Origin: a virus
Taxonomy: Duplodnaviria; Caudoviricetes
Strand: one strand, 5' to 3'
Length of the DNA stretch: 64,000 bases
IMG/VR virus record: IMGVR_UViG_2710264778_000001
Coordinates: 165,130 to 229,129 of that record
The number at the start of each line of letters is the position of its first letter. The stretch's first letter is position 1. Position numbers and translations under genes: made by a program. This document shows, piece after piece, positions 11,419-21,975 of this stretch. Under the pieces are notes generated by a model, which worked only from the letters and a program-made list of their open reading frames with translations, did no database searches and was not told the origin of the DNA.

Positions 11419-12615
11419 TTATTTATCATATTTTGTATTAGGTTTAACCAACACAAAACTAATAATCATTGCTATTGTATAAAGTATTAATAAAATATAT
11501 AAAACATCATTGTAATTATGTGTTTTTGATATTATATAAGCACTTAATTGATTTCCTGTTATTCCTGCTATAGCCCATGCTGATAACTCTAAACCATGAA
11601 TTGTACTTATATTTTGCATACCATATCTATCTGATAGTAAGGTTGGCAGATTACTAAACCCACCGCCATATCCAGCATTAACTACACAAAGTAGAATTAT
11701 AACTAAAATTATTATTGAATTACTTATTGCATTTGTTAGTATAGTTGCTAATATGAAACCTATTGATAAGCCAAATATTAATTTATATATAGTATTTCTA
11801 TCTTTTAGCTTGTCACCTATAGATGAGAAAACTAGTCTACCTCCAGCATTAAATATAGCTGATAATGAACTTGCAAATGCTATTGCTGTAAATCCCATAT
11901 ATGTATAAATGTCTTTTTCTTGTGCAATTAAAGCTAGTCCACATGTAATGTTTATATAAAACATGATCCATATTCCTATGAAAGTTTTATTCTTAATAAT
12001 TGATAGTTTGTTAATTGGAATATATGTATCATTATCTTGATATTTTTTAGGCTTCTTTAATAATAAATGTCCTATAAACATTGATATAAAGTACATTCCA
12101 CCTAATATATAAAACATATTATATATGGTTGTTATTTGTTGTAAGTATTGCATTATTGGACTTGCTATAACTTTTGCTAAACCAAATCCCATTACTGCTA
12201 TTCCTGTGGCTAATCCTTTATTTTCTTTAAACCAAATCATTAGTGTTTTTACTGGTGTTAAATATCCAATACCTAATCCAATTCCCATTATCACGCCATA
12301 TGAAATGTAAATGCCTATTAACGATTTAAAATATATTGATAAACCTGTTCCAAACATTCCTAGTGTAAATAATATAGTTGCTAGTAGTGAAGATTTATGA
12401 ATATCTTTTTCTACAAATTTACCACCAAAACTAGCTGACATACCTAAGAAAAATATTGCTATACTAAATGCCCATTCTACTGAATTAACACTTTGTCCTA
12501 TGTAATTTGCTATATTACCTTTAAGTAAAGACCAACAATAAACTGTACCGATTGAACAATGAATTAGAAGGGCAGGTATTGCCCCATTAATCCATTTATT
12601 TTGATTTAATTTCAA
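11419..12615 (-). CDS. MFS transporter, oxalate:formate antiporter (OFA) family
   Basis: About 12 hydrophobic segments; G.VY.WS, GIGLGIGY.TP.K....WF...KGLATG.A..GFG, FNAGGR...S..GD and YGGGF motifs. Confidence 0.85.
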   Translation of the reverse strand: MKLNQNKWINGAIPALLIHCSIGTVYCWSLLKGNIANYIGQSVNSVEWAFSIAIFFLGMSASFGGKFVEKDIHKSSLLATILFTLGMFGTGLSIYFKSLIGIYISYGVIMGIGLGIGYLTPVKTLMIWFKENKGLATGIAVMGFGLAKVIASPIMQYLQQITTIYNMFYILGGMYFISMFIGHLLLKKPKKYQDNDTYIPINKLSIIKNKTFIGIWIMFYINITCGLALIAQEKDIYTYMGFTAIAFASSLSAIFNAGGRLVFSSIGDKLKDRNTIYKLIFGLSIGFILATILTNAISNSIIILVIILLCVVNAGYGGGFSNLPTLLSDRYGMQNISTIHGLELSAWAIAGITGNQLSAYIISKTHNYNDVLYILLILYTIAMIISFVLVKPNTKYDK

Positions 12616-12907
12616 CTTATCACATTCTTTCTACTTAGTTATATTTTGTTTTATGTATTTAATCTTTCATTGTTTGTTCAAAAAACCATATAGCTGTTAC
12701 GATTGACCCACAAATTGCAGTACTTCTTAAATTTGTAATGCTTTGACTTACAAATGAATCATATATTAAATACAACCAATAAGCACCACATATTAAATTA
12801 AAAACTTTCCATAGTCTTTGCATTTTAAATTGCTCCTTTATAAACTTAATTATATTTTATTTACATTTATTATATTACCATCATAAGAATAATTTGTAAA
12901 TAGGTAA

Positions 12908-13153
12908 TCATAATTTATTCTTTATTTCTTCTCTACTTCCACTCTTCCCACATTGAGTACAATGCATTTCACTACTTCTCATTTCATATGTACTATCATA
13001 CTCTATTGTGTATTCTCCCTTTTCATCTTTATGGTCACAATCATCTTGTAAATCTTTTATCTTTTCAGTTATCTCTTTATTTACCTCATCTAATAAAGTT
13101 TTTCTTTTTAAATATAATCCCTTTAATTCCATTTCTATATCATTATTTTTCAT
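12908..13153 (-). CDS. hypothetical protein (C-x-H and CxxC)
   Basis: ORF with RBS. Confidence 0.55.
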   Translation of the reverse strand: MKNNDIEMELKGLYLKRKTLLDEVNKEITEKIKDLQDDCDHKDEKGEYTIEYDSTYEMRSSEMHCTQCGKSGSREEIKNKL

Positions 13154-13174
13154 AATATTATTTCTCCTTTTTAA

Positions 13175-13426
13175 TTAATTATATTTTCCACTACCATTAC
13201 AACGAGGACAAGTCACCCAATCATCAGATGACTTATGATAAGGATCGCCACCATCATTACAAGGTTGATAAATTTCTCCTTTTCCATAACATGAGGGACA
13301 CGCATTTGATATTTTACATAAATCTTCTTTAGACTTGTTTAAGTTATTAATAATAATTTGTCTTTCTTTTATTTCTTTTTGTAATGTTTCAATTGATTCA
13401 TCCATTTTCTTAATTGTTGTTATCAT
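13175..13426 (-). CDS. DnaJ-type zinc-finger protein
   Basis: Two CxxCxGxG repeats (CPSCYGKG, CPRCNGSG). Confidence 0.6.
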   Translation of the reverse strand: MITTIKKMDESIETLQKEIKERQIIINNLNKSKEDLCKISNACPSCYGKGEIYQPCNDGGDPYHKSSDDWVTCPRCNGSGKYN

Positions 13427-13644
13427 AATTATCTCTCCTTTTATATATCATATATTTTATTTACTTTCCCTTAAAATTAACATTTTAACAGGTTATCTGA
13501 CCTCTGTAAGCTAGTAAACAAGCCATTCTTAAATTTAATTTTTATAAAAATTGACTAATTTTAAGAATTTGCTCTATAATCGCTTAGAAATCAATTTTTC
13601 TCAAAAATTCTGTTTTTAACAATTCTATATAATTATAGACGACT

Positions 13645-13851
13645 TTATTTATTATCTATAATCCACTGAATAAACTTGAAAGCTCCTAAATTATATTTAT
13701 CATATTCTTCTAGTTTAGCAAATTCAGAATAGTATTCCCAAAGTAATTTATCATTATCTTTCTTAATTTGTTTATTAATAAATCCAACCAAACTATTCCT
13801 ATCATTTGTAATTTTTTCTTTATCTAATAGATCTTGCATTTGATTTCCCAT
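13645..13851 (-). CDS. hypothetical protein
   Basis: ORF with RBS. Confidence 0.5.
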   Translation of the reverse strand: MGNQMQDLLDKEKITNDRNSLVGFINKQIKKDNDKLLWEYYSEFAKLEEYDKYNLGAFKFIQWIIDNK

Positions 13852-13867
13852 ATGTATTCACCATCCT

Positions 13868-14482
13868 TTATAATAAGATCCATTTATCTGATTCTATAGT
13901 TTTTAAACTAAAAGCACATTCTTCGCTATCTTCATGGCAATATATTTTATCTCTTACAATATAATATGTATATTCTTCGAATTTTGCATCTCCTCCTTTA
14001 CGCATATGTTCTTTTGCTGTCATAAAGTCAACATATTCGGTTTTATTTTTCAATTCTGTACAATAGTCATATACTTCTTGAAGCCACTTAATTGTTTTAT
14101 GAATATCATCGTATGTAAGAACACCATCTTCACAATTAATAATATATTCATTTGTTTTTAAATTTTTAATAAAATTATTTTCTGTAATATCTGAAAAATA
14201 CATCTCATTAATTGGAGATTCTTTTAATTTCTCAAAAGTTAATTCTGATTTATTATTATAAGTATTTTCTTCTTTTTCATCTTCTTGAATACCTGAATCC
14301 CAACATTTTGTACAATTCTCGTTGAAATGTTCACACAGTTGTTCATCATCTTCAAACCCTTTAATTTTCAAACTATATTCTCCATAAGGGCAACAATTTT
14401 CAATTAAATCTTCTTTACTCTCCCATTGGTTACACTTGGGTTCTTGTAAATTTTCACTCCAAGCTTTATCTATTGCTTTCAT
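13868..14482 (-). CDS. hypothetical protein
   Basis: ORF with RBS; Cys-rich N-terminus. Confidence 0.6.
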   Translation of the reverse strand: MKAIDKAWSENLQEPKCNQWESKEDLIENCCPYGEYSLKIKGFEDDEQLCEHFNENCTKCWDSGIQEDEKEENTYNNKSELTFEKLKESPINEMYFSDITENNFIKNLKTNEYIINCEDGVLTYDDIHKTIKWLQEVYDYCTELKNKTEYVDFMTAKEHMRKGGDAKFEEYTYYIVRDKIYCHEDSEECAFSLKTIESDKWILL

Positions 14483-14699
14483 ATTTTATAACTCCTTTAT
14501 TAATTTATTTTTATATTTTATTTAAATCTATTCTTTTATTGTTTCTTGCATTCTTCATACATAAAATTTAATATCCCTATTATAGCTATAAACTTTAAAT
14601 AAGATATATCATTAGTAATTAGTATGCAAATAATAACTAGCACATCTAATATCAATGATATCTTTGTAGATAATTTCATTATTTATATTCACCTTCTTT

Positions 14700-15278
14700 T
14701 TATTTTATTATTTGACCTTTAACTTTAATTTTACCCATCTTATTTACCCGATTATAGTATGTGCTATCACTTTCTCCATTTTCTTTTGGTACGAAAACAT
14801 CTAACCTATAATCATTATTAAAATATTTATCAGAACCTCGATCTAAAACAGTAACTTCTCCCCAACCTTGTAATTTTATTTTTGTATTGATTTTATAATA
14901 ATTTGAAGCCACTACACCATCAAACAATTTACTTCCTGTACTTGTAATACCTCCACATCCCGAATAATTTTCAATATCTAAATTTGAATAAAAGGTTAAT
15001 TCAAACTCTTGCCATTCAGGTTCATTTTTCTTTTGTTCCTCTAACTCCTTTTCTTTTCTCATTTTTTCTTCCATCTTTTGTTTTTCAAATTCAATTTTAT
15101 CTTTTTCTGTTTGTATTTCGAAATCAGTTTTTATCATTCCTAGTTTATTTGTTTGAAATACCGTTTTATTACTACTTTCAACAACTTCTGTTGCTCTCCA
15201 CGGTGTTTGTGCATTTACATTACAAGTTGTAAATAACAATGTTGTACTTAGTAAACACATAATCCTGTTTGTAAGCAT
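14700..15278 (-). CDS. secreted 3D-domain protein (lytic transglycosylase-like)
   Basis: Signal peptide, coiled coil, and LTFY, ITSTG, VLDRG and RLDVF motifs. Confidence 0.8.
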   Translation of the reverse strand: MLTNRIMCLLSTTLLFTTCNVNAQTPWRATEVVESSNKTVFQTNKLGMIKTDFEIQTEKDKIEFEKQKMEEKMRKEKELEEQKKNEPEWQEFELTFYSNLDIENYSGCGGITSTGSKLFDGVVASNYYKINTKIKLQGWGEVTVLDRGSDKYFNNDYRLDVFVPKENGESDSTYYNRVNKMGKIKVKGQIIK

Positions 15279-15302
15279 TCGATCACTCCTGTCTTATGTT
15301 CA

Positions 15303-16190
15303 CTATTTTATTAATTCTTTTTCGATAATTAATTTTATGTCCTCAGTTTTTTCAGAATATTCAATTGCATTAGTAGTTAATTGTTGTGTAGTTTCAGCTA
15401 TTTGATCAACTGCTGAATTAGTATCTAGTATACTTTCATTAATTATATTAATGTTCTCACTTCTAGCTTCATTTTCTTTATAGAATTTTTCTGCTTCTTG
15501 CTTACCTTCAAATGCTTTTGAACTAGTTTCATTAGCTTTAGTTAATAAGTCTTTTACAATGTTTTGAATTTCAATACTTGATGATTTTGCTTGTTCAGCT
15601 AATTTTCTTATCTCACTTGCAACAACAGCAAATCCTCTACCAGCTTCACCAGCTCTAGCACTTTCTATACTTGCATTTAATGATAATAAATTAGTTTGTT
15701 CAGCAATAGCATTTATAGCTTGTGTTGCTTTAGATATCTTTTTCATTTCCTCATTTAAATCATTTGTATTGTTATATGCATTAGAAATATTATTAACAAA
15801 GTTTTTCATTGATTCTCTGCTATTCTTAGCATTTTCTGAAGCTAAATTAACTTTTTCAGATATATGAGATATTGAAGCATTTAACTCTTCAACCGTAGCA
15901 TTGTATTCTTCTGACATTGAAGCATGTGTTGAAAGTGAAATATTCATTTCATCAATATCTTTTAATATATCGGTTAATAGTTTTTTATTATAAGTTTCAA
16001 TATTTTTAGATATTGCTTTTTCTTTATCAAGTTCATTATGTAGATCATTATTTATAGTTTCTAATTTTTTAATTTCATTATCCTTTTCTTTTCTAAGTTC
16101 TTCTAATCTTTGATTCATTTCTAATCTTATTGCTTTCTCAAGTTCCTTTAAACCTTTTTCATTTTTAAATAACCCTCTCATATTTAACAC
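15303..16190 (-). CDS. soluble methyl-accepting chemotaxis (MCP signal domain) protein
   Basis: [38 protein letters not shown] hairpin tip; no transmembrane segment. Confidence 0.9.
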   Translation of the reverse strand: MLNMRGLFKNEKGLKELEKAIRLEMNQRLEELRKEKDNEIKKLETINNDLHNELDKEKAISKNIETYNKKLLTDILKDIDEMNISLSTHASMSEEYNATVEELNASISHISEKVNLASENAKNSRESMKNFVNNISNAYNNTNDLNEEMKKISKATQAINAIAEQTNLLSLNASIESARAGEAGRGFAVVASEIRKLAEQAKSSSIEIQNIVKDLLTKANETSSKAFEGKQEAEKFYKENEARSENINIINESILDTNSAVDQIAETTQQLTTNAIEYSEKTEDIKLIIEKELIK

Positions 16191-16390
16191 TCCTTTATTA
16201 TTTTAATTTGGGTTGGCTTAGTATTCTGTCAACTCTAAATTGTCGGAATGTCATGATATTAATTAATTTTATTATGTAATAATTATTATTAGTTGTATAA
16301 ATAATATCACATTTTTTGTATTATTAGTATAAAATTCTTTCGACATTTGGTAGATGTTATATTAGTAAATCTCTGGTTAAAATCTGCAAT

Positions 16391-16588
16391 TTACTTATTC
16401 TGTAATTGATAAAAATTAACACCAACTTTTCCAACATCAATATCTGCTATAAGTATTGTATTGATTCTTGTAACTATAATATTACTCTTATCATTTGTAA
16501 TACTTATATTATCAATTTCTTTATCTCCATTAATATTAATATACTTCTCAACTTCATTTCTAATATCACTTAATTTCATTGGTTTCAC
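16391..16588 (-). CDS. hypothetical protein
   Basis: ORF with RBS. Confidence 0.5.
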   Translation of the reverse strand: MKPMKLSDIRNEVEKYININGDKEIDNISITNDKSNIIVTRINTILIADIDVGKVGVNFYQLQNK

Positions 16589-16613
16589 CTCTCAACTTAT
16601 TTATATTTTGTTT

Positions 16614-16916
16614 TTATTCTTTTATGTATCCACAACTTGTACATCCAAACTTATACATTTTTTCATGGACTTCTCTACCACACATTTCCCCTCTAGATTC
16701 ATTCCATTGGTCTATTATCTCTAAAGATTCTCCACATTTTCTACATCGTCCAGTTCTATCAGCCAAACTATAATTTTCTTCTCGCAATTCATATGTAAAA
16801 TTTTTAAAATTACTATCGATATCATTAGCTAATTCATTCGCATATTGTATTGTGTCTTTAACATCAAAATTGCTTCGGTTTATCATTTGTATAAGATCGT
16901 ATTTACTTACTGGCAT
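16614..16916 (-). CDS. hypothetical zinc-ribbon protein
   Basis: CxxC...CxxC. Confidence 0.55.
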   Translation of the reverse strand: MPVSKYDLIQMINRSNFDVKDTIQYANELANDIDSNFKNFTYELREENYSLADRTGRCRKCGESLEIIDQWNESRGEMCGREVHEKMYKFGCTSCGYIKE

Positions 16917-17112
16917 TTATATCACTTCCTTTCATAACTAATATTACCATATTAAATTTAGTTTGTCTATACTTAATTATATTTTATTTATATTGTTTTC
17001 TTTTGTATAAAATTAATAGCTATAAAGGATTTATTGGTTTGTTTATCCTCTATAGCTATATATTACTACTATTTTATACCATAGTCAAGCATTATTAATT
17101 ATATTTTGTTTT

Positions 17113-19173
17113 TTATTGTTTAATAACTTGTGCTGAAACAACTTTCCAATCTTTCTTACTTGATTTGAATACAGTAACCCCTATACTCTTTCTAGAAGCC
17201 TTCTCATTAATATCTTTAGTGTTTATTACTTTAGTCTTTCCAAAGCAATCAGTTAACTCTATATCAGTATCATTTTCTATCTGAGTTATTAATAATACTA
17301 ATCCATTTTCATCAGTTAAAGAATTTGACAATTTGGTTCTATTTGTTTTAGTTTCGAATGATTTTAATGGTGTTTTTAAAATCTTACCATTTTCAAAACA
17401 ATATACGCAATAACCTTTATATTGATTGGTTGATAGCATACCTATAATAGTTTCATCTCTTTCTAGTGGCAGAATATTCAACAAATAGTCACCAATCACA
17501 GATGGTTGTTTTTCATTTACTTCCCATAGATTTAATAAATAAGCGTTACCTTGATTAGATATGAATATTGCTTTATCTTTATTGCTACATTGGATAATTG
17601 TTCGAATTTGATCTCCTTCTTTCAATTTTTGTGTTTCGCTATATCTACGAGTTTTCTTAAAGTATCCTTCTTTACTTAAAATTAATGTGCATGTAAAGTC
17701 CTCAATCAGCATATCATTAGATATTTTTTCAACTTTATCATTATAAATTATGTCTGTTAATCTAGGTTTACTAAATTTCTTTTTAACTTCTTCAAGTTGT
17801 TCTATTATTATATTGTTTATATTATCCTCGGAACTAAGTGTATTTTCTATATCTTTTATGAATGATTCTAAATTGCTTATTTCTTTTATTTTATTTCCTA
17901 TAAATCCCTTGTTTATATTAATAAGTTTTATTGTTAAAAAATATTCAGCTTGTTCCTTGTCTAATGAAAATATTTCTATAATGTTATTTTTAGCGTCTTC
18001 TTCTGTTTCAGAATTTTGAATTATTGATATAGCTTTATCTAAACCATTTAATATTTTTTCTAGGCCTTTTAATTGATGTAATTTTTTTTCATATCTATCT
18101 TTATCAAATTTCAATTCGTTTTCTATACAAGTTTGTCTATGTTTTATCCATCTAACGTAAATATCCTCTAAAGACATACATTTTGGTGTTTTCCCATCTA
18201 AATCAAGTATAGTAAAATTACAAGCAAATTTGCTTTCAAAAGATGTGAATTTTCTTAATTTTTGAATTACAGCATTAACATCTGCACCTTTTTTTAAATA
18301 CAATTCAAACTTTAATCCATCCTTATCTGAGCCATTATGATAGTCAATTATTTCTTTTGAAAATTTATCTAATTTAGATTCTAATTCTTCTTCTATATTT
18401 TCTAAATATGTTGTATATGGTATTTCATAAATAGTAATTGTATTAGTGCTCTTGTCATATTTATATTTTCCGATTATGGTAAATGATCCATTGCCCTCTT
18501 TATATATCTTTTCAAAGTCGTTTTTATTATAAATTATAGCCCCTCCACTTGGTAAATCAGGAACTTTAATTAACTCAATTGATTTATCTATATCTTTTGT
18601 TTTTATATATGATTTCAAACTAGTACATACATCTTCTAAATTATGCGAAGGCATTTTATTTGCTTCTGCTACGGCAATACTCATTCTTAAATTTACTAAT
18701 ATATTAGGAATTTTAGATGGTAATAATATAGGCTCTTTTTCAGTAGCGTCATAGTTCCATTTCATAGTAACTGCATTTTTATTTATTCCCTCTAACATAT
18801 ATTCAGAATAGGCATCTAATTTACACTCTATATATCTAGGAGCTGAACCTTTGCTTTTTTTAAAATTCTTGTTGCCAAAGCTTCCTTTTGGCATTAAATA
18901 TTTATGTAAAATATAATTATTACCCATATTTTTCATAACTCCACAAAGAGGCATATCCCCTAGAACATAATAATCAAATATTCTACCACTTGCTTTTAAC
19001 ATCTTGTAAAATTGTTTGTCACTAGTCATTCCAGCTTTTTTCATTCCCCAAATTACTTGTCTTTGAGATACTAATAATCCGTCTATTGATGGAAGATTAT
19101 TTATTAATACTGGTGCAGTAAAATCTAGCATTTCTGTTTGTAATACTTCTATTATTCCCTTTTCCATTTTCAC
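17113..19173 (-). CDS. gyrA: type IIA topoisomerase subunit A (GyrA/ParC-like)
   Basis: LP.IDGL, GSFG, SAPRY catalytic Tyr, P..LP..IPN.LVN, PDLPSGG, EIPY; C-terminal pinwheel-like repeats. Confidence 0.9.
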   Translation of the reverse strand: MKMEKGIIEVLQTEMLDFTAPVLINNLPSIDGLLVSQRQVIWGMKKAGMTSDKQFYKMLKASGRIFDYYVLGDMPLCGVMKNMGNNYILHKYLMPKGSFGNKNFKKSKGSAPRYIECKLDAYSEYMLEGINKNAVTMKWNYDATEKEPILLPSKIPNILVNLRMSIAVAEANKMPSHNLEDVCTSLKSYIKTKDIDKSIELIKVPDLPSGGAIIYNKNDFEKIYKEGNGSFTIIGKYKYDKSTNTITIYEIPYTTYLENIEEELESKLDKFSKEIIDYHNGSDKDGLKFELYLKKGADVNAVIQKLRKFTSFESKFACNFTILDLDGKTPKCMSLEDIYVRWIKHRQTCIENELKFDKDRYEKKLHQLKGLEKILNGLDKAISIIQNSETEEDAKNNIIEIFSLDKEQAEYFLTIKLININKGFIGNKIKEISNLESFIKDIENTLSSEDNINNIIIEQLEEVKKKFSKPRLTDIIYNDKVEKISNDMLIEDFTCTLILSKEGYFKKTRRYSETQKLKEGDQIRTIIQCSNKDKAIFISNQGNAYLLNLWEVNEKQPSVIGDYLLNILPLERDETIIGMLSTNQYKGYCVYCFENGKILKTPLKSFETKTNRTKLSNSLTDENGLVLLITQIENDTDIELTDCFGKTKVINTKDINEKASRKSIGVTVFKSSKKDWKVVSAQVIKQ

Positions 19174-19179
19174 TTCTCC

Positions 19180-19959
19180 TTAATCAGTTATTTCTACTTT
19201 CCAATTATACATAGCATTGTAAAGTTTAATTGGAATTTTATCCTTATATTTATCAGCAACTTCTTTGATATATTGCTCTTTAAAAGGTTTATATCCTTTA
19301 TAAAAAGCATCTTCTGGAGTTTCAAAGCTACCTAATTTTTTATTATATGAGGAGTTAATATCTAAATTATATACACTACAACACGCTCGATAGTTATTAT
19401 TTAATTTATTATAGCTTACCCCTAATGGGAAATTACCTCTAGCTTTGTCACATTTAACAAATAAATTATTTATTCTTCTTGAAACAAATACACAATTATC
19501 AGGAGAATATATTTTATTTCCCTTAACCAATATGTCTTTATCGAGAGACATTCGCTCTCCTTCAATTTCATAATAATTATCATCAAACCATTTTGCAAAG
19601 TTTTGAAAATTATGCCATTCTTCACAAACAATACAATTTTTATATGTAGGATATATTTTTAATTTATTTGGATTATAACATCTATCTAACATACTTGTCC
19701 AATACTTATAATGAATTGTTCTTGCTTTAATCCCTTTGAAAAAAGTATAATCTCCTTCACCTAAATATCCTATGTTATGTACTCCTCTGTCATATGGATA
19801 TTTTGTATCTCCATTAATAAAATGATGATATGTAGTTTCAGTTTTATATCCACTTTCAAATTGTACAGTTATATTATTTGCATCTTTATATTGAATGATT
19901 TCCATTTTATTATTAAACTTATTAAAATTTATTTCACCTATTCTGTTAATTTCTTTCAT
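19180..19959 (-). CDS. free-standing HNH-type homing endonuclease (copy 2) between the topoisomerase genes
   Basis: Same MLDRC, FQNFAKWF and LDKDIL motifs as 2792-3550. Confidence 0.75.
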   Translation of the reverse strand: MKEINRIGEINFNKFNNKMEIIQYKDANNITVQFESGYKTETTYHHFINGDTKYPYDRGVHNIGYLGEGDYTFFKGIKARTIHYKYWTSMLDRCYNPNKLKIYPTYKNCIVCEEWHNFQNFAKWFDDNYYEIEGERMSLDKDILVKGNKIYSPDNCVFVSRRINNLFVKCDKARGNFPLGVSYNKLNNNYRACCSVYNLDINSSYNKKLGSFETPEDAFYKGYKPFKEQYIKEVADKYKDKIPIKLYNAMYNWKVEITD

Positions 19960-19970
19960 TATATCTCCTT

Positions 19971-21962
19971 TTAATTTATTTCTTCCAAGTTTATATTTGT
20001 AATAAATTTTTTAACAAAATCCTTTCGGGGACTGCTATCCTCACCCATATAATCTTCAAAACATTGAGCAATCACTTCATCAATATTATCATAATTAACT
20101 CTAATAAATGTTTTTTCTCTTGCTTCTGGACATAATACTTTTTCCCAAAAGTCATCTTTATTTATTTCTCCGATTCCTTTCACAATACCTATATTATAGA
20201 TATCATCTTCATTTATTATTTTCATAAATTGTTCTTTTTCTCTGTCATTATATACATATACCATTTCTCCACTTTTCATTTTAATTTCATAACGAGGAGA
20301 GATAATTATATAAATTCTATTCTCTTTTAATAATGTTGGTAAATATTTATATATAAAAGTGAGTAATGCTAACCTTATACCTGATCCCCAACAATCTGCA
20401 TCCGTAAGTATTCCTATATTTCCATATCTCAAATTATCTTTATCAAATGTCTTTATATCTTTAAACATTTTTCTTTCTTCATAAGGTATTTCAATTCCAC
20501 ACCCTAATGCTTGAATTAATGTATATGCTGGAACATTATTTAGAACTTCTTCTACACTTTTCTTTAGGCATGAAATAAATCTACCTCTTAATCCTAGTGC
20601 TCCCATAGTATTATTATCGTATGCTTCTACTACAGTTTCTTTTGGAGATAATCCTTCCACAACAAGTAAAAATCTATCATCTAATTTACTCTTCTTCATA
20701 TCACAATCGGTTAATCCATCAATTTTTACTCTTCCACCTTTATTTGAATCTTCTAATTTCTTTTTAATATTTTGTCTTGTTTTATCAGCACTTAATCTAG
20801 CTCTTGAATTAATTAAAACTTGATTACAAATTAACTCACTTTGTATTGGATTTTCGATAAAAAATATTTCCATATAATTTTCAACAAATTTTTGTAGTAT
20901 TGGTTTGTAATATTCTGCTTCAGTTTTTTGTTTTATTTGATTTTCATATTCTACCAATTTATTTTTAACATTGCATATATAATTTAATCCAGTCATAGTA
21001 TCTTCAAGAGTTATATTTTTTTCATTTTTATTATATTTATTATTATTTTTAAGCCATTTATGTATGGAATTTTTTAATCCTAAAATAATACCATCTTGAA
21101 TTGTTCCATGCTTAATTAAATCAGCAGTATTTAAGAAATCTTTTTGTATATCATCATTAGAATCATTAGAATATCTAAATATAAAATCAATATCAAATTC
21201 ATCTGTATATTCTTCATCTTTGATTTTGAAAGTTTCTTCAAAAGTTTTAGTATTTCTAATTAAATCAGATATAAAATTTTTATTGCTTGTTAAATCATTA
21301 AAGTATCCAATGATTCCATCTTGATATTGATATGTATTTTCTAAATTATTAATAACATCTATTACATTAATAATTACATTACCTAAACTGGATTGTCCTT
21401 GTGCTATTTGACATACTTCATCAAAGTTAAAATGAGGATTATTCCAAACTTCTCTATCTAAAGTGAATATTATTTCAGTAAATGTTTCTTCAGTTTGTCC
21501 TATTATATTTAAATCTTTTATTCTATCCCCTTTATGATATGATAGGTTATATATATTTCCATTTGGTCTTCCTATATTTATTTCAATATCTTCACTTGTC
21601 ATAGCTAAAGACCATAAGAATATACCATTTTGTCCTACAGTTTTTGCAGTAGCTCCATATTTAGTTCCACCAAATGGATGTTCAAATATAGCTTCATAAT
21701 TGTTATTTCCCTTTTTAGATATTCCTTCGACTGGAATTCCACGTCCTGAATCCCTATATCGTATCTTATTAGAATTTATAATTTCTATTTCAATATGATT
21801 TAATTCTTTAATATTAAACACATCTAAACTATTTCCTATGTTTTCTTTAATCATATTTATGTAATTATTAGATGATCCATGCCATAGATTTATTCTTGTT
21901 CTAGCCTGTTCTTTGTCTGACAATTCATCTACTTCTTCATTTATTAAAAATTCTTCTACCAT
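19971..21962 (-). CDS. gyrB: type IIA topoisomerase subunit B (GyrB/ParE-like)
   Basis: GHKL motifs E...NS.D, DSGRGIP, GTKY and GQNG; TOPRIM motifs VEG, LRG, TDAD and KGIGE. Confidence 0.9.
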   Translation of the reverse strand: MVEEFLINEEVDELSDKEQARTRINLWHGSSNNYINMIKENIGNSLDVFNIKELNHIEIEIINSNKIRYRDSGRGIPVEGISKKGNNNYEAIFEHPFGGTKYGATAKTVGQNGIFLWSLAMTSEDIEINIGRPNGNIYNLSYHKGDRIKDLNIIGQTEETFTEIIFTLDREVWNNPHFNFDEVCQIAQGQSSLGNVIINVIDVINNLENTYQYQDGIIGYFNDLTSNKNFISDLIRNTKTFEETFKIKDEEYTDEFDIDFIFRYSNDSNDDIQKDFLNTADLIKHGTIQDGIILGLKNSIHKWLKNNNKYNKNEKNITLEDTMTGLNYICNVKNKLVEYENQIKQKTEAEYYKPILQKFVENYMEIFFIENPIQSELICNQVLINSRARLSADKTRQNIKKKLEDSNKGGRVKIDGLTDCDMKKSKLDDRFLLVVEGLSPKETVVEAYDNNTMGALGLRGRFISCLKKSVEEVLNNVPAYTLIQALGCGIEIPYEERKMFKDIKTFDKDNLRYGNIGILTDADCWGSGIRLALLTFIYKYLPTLLKENRIYIIISPRYEIKMKSGEMVYVYNDREKEQFMKIINEDDIYNIGIVKGIGEINKDDFWEKVLCPEAREKTFIRVNYDNIDEVIAQCFEDYMGEDSSPRKDFVKKFITNINLEEIN

Positions 21963-21975
21963 TATGTAATCACTC

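Noticed and set aside
16200-16390. c-di-GMP riboswitch upstream of the MCP gene
   Set aside because: No recognisable GEMM motif or convincing stems.
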